Positions 6,896-11,347 of a stretch of 11,347 nucleotides of DNA are shown here, piece after piece; within the stretch, counting starts at the first letter, position 1, and each line of letters begins with the position of its first letter. The position numbers and the translations under genes were made by a program. The stretch comes from Bdellovibrionales bacterium. GTDB taxonomy: Bacteria > Bdellovibrionota > UBA1018 > CAIMNF01. The DNA lies in NCBI GenBank assembly GCA_040380025.1, contig JBEIJY010000042.1, positions 1-11,347 on the forward strand. Reading direction: 5' to 3'. The notes below the pieces were generated by a model that made no database searches, had not been told where the DNA came from, and worked only from the letters and a program-made list of their open reading frames with translations.

Positions 6896-8257
6896 TCAAA
6901 ATCCGAACACTTCTAAAACTTTAAGGTGAATCGCAAGCAAGGCGAGGCATCCCGCGCTCAGGGGCGCGATCAAAAAGAACAGCTCTTTCTCGCTCAGCCG
7001 GTCTTGCAGTAGGGTTTTCATGGCAATGATCGATTGGAACGCAAGCTGGACGCCGATGGCGCTTCCTGCTCCGAGCGCGACAAAATTCACGGGGTCCACC
7101 ACTTTCGAGAGCAGCAGATTCGCCATGGTCGAGGTGCCCACGAACACGCTTCCGAGCCAGCCAAGCAGGGGTGCCCCGTGGTCGAGGAGTGGCGCCGGAA
7201 TCGCGCGGGTCAGGAGCTCAAGCCCTCCGTTCGCGCGAAGCTGTTGCACGAGGAAGGTCATGCAAAACAGGACCGCAAGCGTGCGGCGCGAGCGCTCCAG
7301 GGTGTCGCGAAAGAGCGTTTTCCAGCCAAGGGCGGGATGCGCGAGCCGGATCATCGCCCCGAATGCCAAAAACACGAGGCCCGGGTTGAACACGCGGATG
7401 CGCGTTCCCGGAATCGTCTCGTCCATGAAGATCTGCTTTCCGATCCACATGCACACCAAGAGGAGCCCATAGATCGCGATTCCCTTCCGTTCGGGGCGGT
7501 TCTTCCGCCAGCCTTCTCCGAAAAAAATCCGGGCGCTCCAGATGCCGTACCCGAAGGTGAAGAACGCAGGCCCGAGCGTTGCCAGTTCCGGGCCGTGGTG
7601 TGCAAAGGGAATTCCCGTCCCCGCATAAACGAGACTAAGCGAGAGCGTCCAGAGCACCTCGCGAAGGCCTGGTTTTTTATCGATGAGCACCAGAGCCAGG
7701 AGAGGCGAGGCGAACACGAAGGGGCTCATGGCGTAGAACACGCCCAGAGTCGGATCGGCGTCGGGGAACCCGAGGCGGGTCGGGGTTCCGAGTGCCCCGA
7801 AGGGAATCCCGATGATGAAGCAAGTGATCGGAAGAAGCGCGCACAGGCGCGGTTCGAACTGAAGCGCGATCAGGATCGGCGCAATCACTAAAAGAGGCGT
7901 CCCGAATCCGCTCGAGCCTTCCACAAGAAGAGTCAGCGGAAACGCCACGAGCACTCCCTGAATCGAGCGGCGCGAGGAGATCCCGCGGATCAGCCGGGCA
8001 AGCGAGTCCACGATGCCGGACTTGCGGGCGGCCTCCAAAAAAAAGAAGGCACCGACGAGAATGAGTCCGATCTCGGTCATCATCTCGAGGGTTTTTTGAA
8101 GGGCGAGATTCCAGACCTCCTGGGAAGCATGAAACACCGTCTGGGTCAGGACGGTCCCCGTCAAGAGCGATAAAAACGCCGAATAGGTGAGGGGGAGCCG
8201 AAGCCCGGCAAAGCAGAGGAAGAGGACGGCAAAAGGGATGAGCGCTGAGAAAGACAT
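6896..8257 (-). CDS. L-lactate/glycolate permease family (LctP/LldP-like) transporter, 453 aa
   Basis: Highly hydrophobic multi-pass membrane protein with LldP-type motifs EGSSGFGTP, PFGALGTP and GWLGSVFVGTSTMANLL. Shorter and more divergent than typical LldP. Confidence 0.8.
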   Translation of the reverse strand: MSFSALIPFAVLFLCFAGLRLPLTYSAFLSLLTGTVLTQTVFHASQEVWNLALQKTLEMMTEIGLILVGAFFFLEAARKSGIVDSLARLIRGISSRRSIQGVLVAFPLTLLVEGSSGFGTPLLVIAPILIALQFEPRLCALLPITCFIIGIPFGALGTPTRLGFPDADPTLGVFYAMSPFVFASPLLALVLIDKKPGLREVLWTLSLSLVYAGTGIPFAHHGPELATLGPAFFTFGYGIWSARIFFGEGWRKNRPERKGIAIYGLLLVCMWIGKQIFMDETIPGTRIRVFNPGLVFLAFGAMIRLAHPALGWKTLFRDTLERSRRTLAVLFCMTFLVQQLRANGGLELLTRAIPAPLLDHGAPLLGWLGSVFVGTSTMANLLLSKVVDPVNFVALGAGSAIGVQLAFQSIIAMKTLLQDRLSEKELFFLIAPLSAGCLALLAIHLKVLEVFGF

Positions 8258-8379
8258 CGGGGTTCTCGATTCGGTTCTAAGATGATTGGCAACAAACTAT
8301 GTTGAATTGACCTTGGTTTCAATCGGGATCATGGGGAAGAGCAGGGAATGGGCGGGCGCTCCCACTCCATTCCCCGCCC

Positions 8380-8408
8380 TTCCCAAGAGCATCCTCCTTG
8401 CGTACTAT
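8380..8408 (+). promoter_or_regulatory. Putative sigma70 promoter (TTCCCA-N17-TACTAT) directly abutting the GTG start, likely leaderless
   Basis: TTCCCA at 8380-8385, TACTAT at 8403-8408, and GTG at 8415 after a 6-nt gap. Confidence 0.5.
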
Positions 8409-8414
8409 CAGGGG

Positions 8415-9806
8415 GTGAGCGCATCTTTTCTTGAGCGATTAAAAGCAGAATTGGGCCCTGAGTCGGTTTCGACCGATCCAAACGACCTCAAAACCTTCGG
8501 ACGCGACTGGACCAAGTCCGTCGAGCCGGCCCCCCTTGCGGTGTGCTTTCCGCGCTCCACCGGGGAGGTCTCGCGGGTCATGGCCCTTTGCTCGTCCCAC
8601 CAGATCGCCGTCGTTCCCTCGGGCGGGCGCACGGGGCTTGCCGGCGGTGCGGTTGCGGCGCGGGGCGAGCTCGTGGTTTCGCTCTCAAAAATGCGCGCGA
8701 TGGGCGAGGTGGATCCCCTTGCGCTCACCGTGACGGTCGAGGCCGGAGCCGTGACCGAGGCCGTGCACGAGCACTGCAAGCCGCACGGGCTCACCTGGCC
8801 GGTTGATTTTGCCTCGAAGGGCTCCTCGACCGTGGGCGGAAATCTCGCCACCAACGCGGGCGGGGTGCGGGTGATTCGCTACGGGCTCACCCGGCAGTGG
8901 GTTCTCGGACTCACGGTGGTGCTCATGAATGGCGAGATCCTGAACCTGAACGGCTCGCTCGAAAAGAACAACACCGGCGTTGATCTCCGGCAGGTCTTCA
9001 TCGGGAGCGAGGGGATCTTGGGGATCATCACGGACGCAACGCTGAAACTCGCGCCTCTTCCCGCCGAGAGCGATGTATTTTTATTCGCGCTTCGGGATCT
9101 CTCGCAGGTTTTTGAGCTGTTCCGCGAGGTCCGGCAAAATCCCCTGATCGTGAACGCCTACGAGTGTTTCTCGGATTCCTGTCTGCAGGCGGTGCTCTCG
9201 CACCTCGGGCTTGCGAAGCCCTTCGAGAAGGCGCACGAGCAGTACGTCTTGCTCGAGGTCGAACGGCCCGCCGGAGGCGAGGGGCTTTCGGAGGAATGGC
9301 TCTCGTCGCTGTTCGAGCGTGGTGTGGTCGAGGACGCGGTCCTTGCCCAGAGTCCGGCCGAGGCCCGAAACCTATGGTCCATGCGCGAGGGGATCTCGGA
9401 GTCGCTCGCAAGCATGGGGCTCTTGCACAAGCACGACATCTCGCTTCCGATTCATCGGCTCAAGGAATTCATCGAGACCTGGTCGCGCGAGATGGCCCAG
9501 AATTACCCGGGGCTTTCGCCTTATCTTTTCGGGCACATCGGCGACGGGAACCTGCATGTGAATCTGCTGAAGCCCGAATCGATGGATGGGTCCGAGTTCA
9601 AGACTCTTTGTGCGAAAGCCGACTCCGCGATGTTCGGCTGGATCCGAAAATTCGAGGGATCCGTCTCGGCCGAGCACGGGATCGGGCTCCTGAAGCGTCA
9701 CCTGTTGCACTACTCGCGTTCGGACACCGAGATCGCGCTCATGCGGCAGATGAAGGCGGTGTTTGATCCGGCGGGGTTGTTGAATCCCGGGAAGGTCCTC
9801 CCCTAA
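8415..9806 (+). CDS. FAD-linked D-2-hydroxyacid dehydrogenase (VAO/PCMH family; D-2-hydroxyglutarate/D-lactate dehydrogenase-like), 463 aa
   Basis: Motifs GGRTGLAGGA, PVDFAS.GSS.VGGNLATNAGG..VIRYG, GSEGILGIIT, FGHIGDGNLH, SAEHGIG and DPAGLLNPGK. The GTG at 8415 fits the family N-terminus, whereas 8286-8414 looks non-coding. Confidence 0.9.
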   Translation: MSASFLERLKAELGPESVSTDPNDLKTFGRDWTKSVEPAPLAVCFPRSTGEVSRVMALCSSHQIAVVPSGGRTGLAGGAVAARGELVVSLSKMRAMGEVDPLALTVTVEAGAVTEAVHEHCKPHGLTWPVDFASKGSSTVGGNLATNAGGVRVIRYGLTRQWVLGLTVVLMNGEILNLNGSLEKNNTGVDLRQVFIGSEGILGIITDATLKLAPLPAESDVFLFALRDLSQVFELFREVRQNPLIVNAYECFSDSCLQAVLSHLGLAKPFEKAHEQYVLLEVERPAGGEGLSEEWLSSLFERGVVEDAVLAQSPAEARNLWSMREGISESLASMGLLHKHDISLPIHRLKEFIETWSREMAQNYPGLSPYLFGHIGDGNLHVNLLKPESMDGSEFKTLCAKADSAMFGWIRKFEGSVSAEHGIGLLKRHLLHYSRSDTEIALMRQMKAVFDPAGLLNPGKVLP

Positions 9807-9857
9807 CTGCCCCCTTTGATCGCGCTCGTTAGAAAATCACAATGAACGGGGGCAGTT
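9805..9857. repeat. Collapsed (ends-only) member of the palindromic repeat family between convergent stop codons; possible terminator role
   Basis: Perfect 10-bp inverted repeat aactgccccc/gggggcagtt. Both halves align to the ends of copy 3 (tgccccctttgat... and ...cacaat.aa.gggggca). Inner arms and core are absent. Confidence 0.85.
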
Positions 9858-11347
9858 CAGAGGGTCTTCAGGAACTCGATCAAATCCCGTTTTTGTTCAT
9901 CCGTATACCGCTCGCTCCCGTCGCGATTCGTGAAGATCCGCTCGTAGTGCCCGGCGTTCGACATCCCCGGGCGGCGGGCATCGTACAGGTGGTCGTCCTT
10001 GTCGATCACCTTCGACCAGTGGTCGGGGGTGGCGTCTCCGAGCGGGTACCCGACACAGTTCGAGTCGAAGTCGCGCTCGCGATCAAGCACTTCGCCCGAA
10101 CGATACGTCATCGGGCGCGCGGCTGGCGGGGTCATCAGGGCGCAAAGATTCGGAATCGAGTTGTTATGAAAATACGGAAACCGTGCCCAGATCCCCTCGA
10201 GCGGCGGCGCCACATAGCCCTTTTGTTCTTCGATCACGATTCCGAATCGCTTCGAGAACTCGAGCGGATTCAGCGCAACGGCGAGCGCCCGCATTCCGAA
10301 TCGCCGGCCCGAATCGGTGCCGACGTCATAGGTCCGGGTCTTCTCGAAATAGCGCACGCGGACCGTCTCGATCAGCGGGCGATCGGGCACCTCCATCGAC
10401 CAGGCCTTCTCGTAGGTGCCGTGGCAGTGGTTGCAGTTCGTATTGAAGATCGCCTCGCCCCGCTTTGCCCGCTCCACCGAAATCAACGAGGCATCGAGAT
10501 ACGCGCTCCACTTCGGAGCCTCGGTCGCAAACACCGCCGTGGTCAGCTCCTCGACGATCGATGACTGCGTCTGGAGCCACTCCACGAGTTCGGGCAAATC
10601 GACGCCGCGGCCGATCTCGTTCCACAAAAAATTCGTAAAGATCGGATTCCCCGAGATCACGCTCGCATCCGAGAGAAACCTTGTTTTGTATTTTACATTC
10701 CACCACACGGCGGGCTTGCTGTCGGGAATGAGATCATCCAACAGCGTCGCCCGCGGCTCGGACTCGAACCTGCGATCGCGTTCGGCCCATGGGGTGGGCG
10801 CCCGGCGGGCGAGCGAGAGCGCCACCTGCGCAAGCGAGGTGTCGAGGCCCAAGGTCTCGGGGCGCTTCAGTCCGATCGAACCCATGCGGGCGCGCGAGTC
10901 GGCGTACATGGTTTTCTCGGCGCGGGTCGCGCCGGTCAGGAGCGCGAAAACCCCGGGATGGATTTTTTGAAGAGCCGATTGCCCGTGGATGAAAAACAAG
11001 TTCGCGCGCGGGAACCGATTCGTGAGTCCCAGAATCGGTCTTCCGAACAGTTGCGAAGAGTGGCAGGCGGCACAGCTCAGGGTGAACCCCGGCGCGCCGT
11101 TCCGGTTCAGGATCGAAACCCCCATCGGGTACTTCGGCCGGAGCCCGTCCCGAAACGGAATCTCTCCCTCATTGGCCGGATACTCATGGAGCCCGAGCCA
11201 TTTCCAGAAGCCCCGAAAGTCCTCAAAATCAGGACTGATCGACAAAACCCCGCGCAGGAACCGGAACAAAAGATCGCCGGGCTTGGCATCGAGGGCCTTC
11301 AAGGCCGGGCGGGCCGGAATCAAGAGGCCCGTTCCCTCGATCGGGTA
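9857..11347 (-). CDS. Dihaem c-type cytochrome of the RoxA (rubber oxygenase)/MauG/bCcP superfamily; 5' end lies outside the window
   Basis: Two CxxCH motifs (CAACH at 11060-11074 and CNHCH at 10421-10435). Also YVAPPLEGIWARFPYFHNNSIPNL and C-terminal YDARRPGMSNAGH...LIEFLKTL, typical of RoxA-like proteins. The frame is open to position 11347. Confidence 0.85.
   Translation of the reverse strand, partial: YPIEGTGLLIPARPALKALDAKPGDLLFRFLRGVLSISPDFEDFRGFWKWLGLHEYPANEGEIPFRDGLRPKYPMGVSILNRNGAPGFTLSCAACHSSQLFGRPILGLTNRFPRANLFFIHGQSALQKIHPGVFALLTGATRAEKTMYADSRARMGSIGLKRPETLGLDTSLAQVALSLARRAPTPWAERDRRFESEPRATLLDDLIPDSKPAVWWNVKYKTRFLSDASVISGNPIFTNFLWNEIGRGVDLPELVEWLQTQSSIVEELTTAVFATEAPKWSAYLDASLISVERAKRGEAIFNTNCNHCHGTYEKAWSMEVPDRPLIETVRVRYFEKTRTYDVGTDSGRRFGMRALAVALNPLEFSKRFGIVIEEQKGYVAPPLEGIWARFPYFHNNSIPNLCALMTPPAARPMTYRSGEVLDRERDFDSNCVGYPLGDATPDHWSKVIDKDDHLYDARRPGMSNAGHYERIFTNRDGSERYTDEQKRDLIEFLKTL

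Noticed and set aside
8286..8414. 43-aa N-terminal extension of the FAD oxidoreductase, and a sigma54-like TGGCAA at 8287
   Set aside because: The region contains a hairpin and a promoter-like sequence, and family similarity begins near GTG 8415. The TGGCAA has no TTGC -12 element at the required spacing.
1..9857. Repeats interpreted as a CRISPR array, attC cassette array or tRNA/rRNA
   Set aside because: Copies are kilobases apart and separate ordinary metabolic operons. There are no spacers, cas or integrase genes, no RYYYAAC/GTTRRRY attC boxes at the ends, and no cloverleaf or T-loop consensus.

Overview
GC-rich (roughly 60% by eye) bacterial chromosomal window, possibly from a Bdellovibrionota/deltaproteobacterial-type organism (inference only). 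Plus strand: acetyl-CoA acetyltransferase (thiolase), an orphan family-5 (OppA/DppA-like) ABC solute-binding protein, then 3-oxoacid CoA-transferase subunits A and B. Minus strand: a three-gene secreted-protein operon (redoxin, YtkA/FixH-like lipoprotein, Cys-Cys-bearing putative outer-membrane barrel) and a lactate-permease-family transporter. The permease is divergent from a FAD-linked D-2-hydroxyacid dehydrogenase, which converges on an edge-truncated RoxA/MauG-type dihaem protein. The most striking unexplained structure is a family of ~200-bp nested palindromic intergenic repeats with TGCCCCCTTTG...CAAAGGGGGCA ends, present four times in 11 kb (two complete, one cut by the window edge, one collapsed). 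Their long arms vary in mirror-compensated fashion, and they enclose a covarying branched core that is flipped in one copy relative to its own arms. Several operon-leading genes also appear to be leaderless, and the solute-binding protein probably starts at a CTG codon overlapping the thiolase stop.
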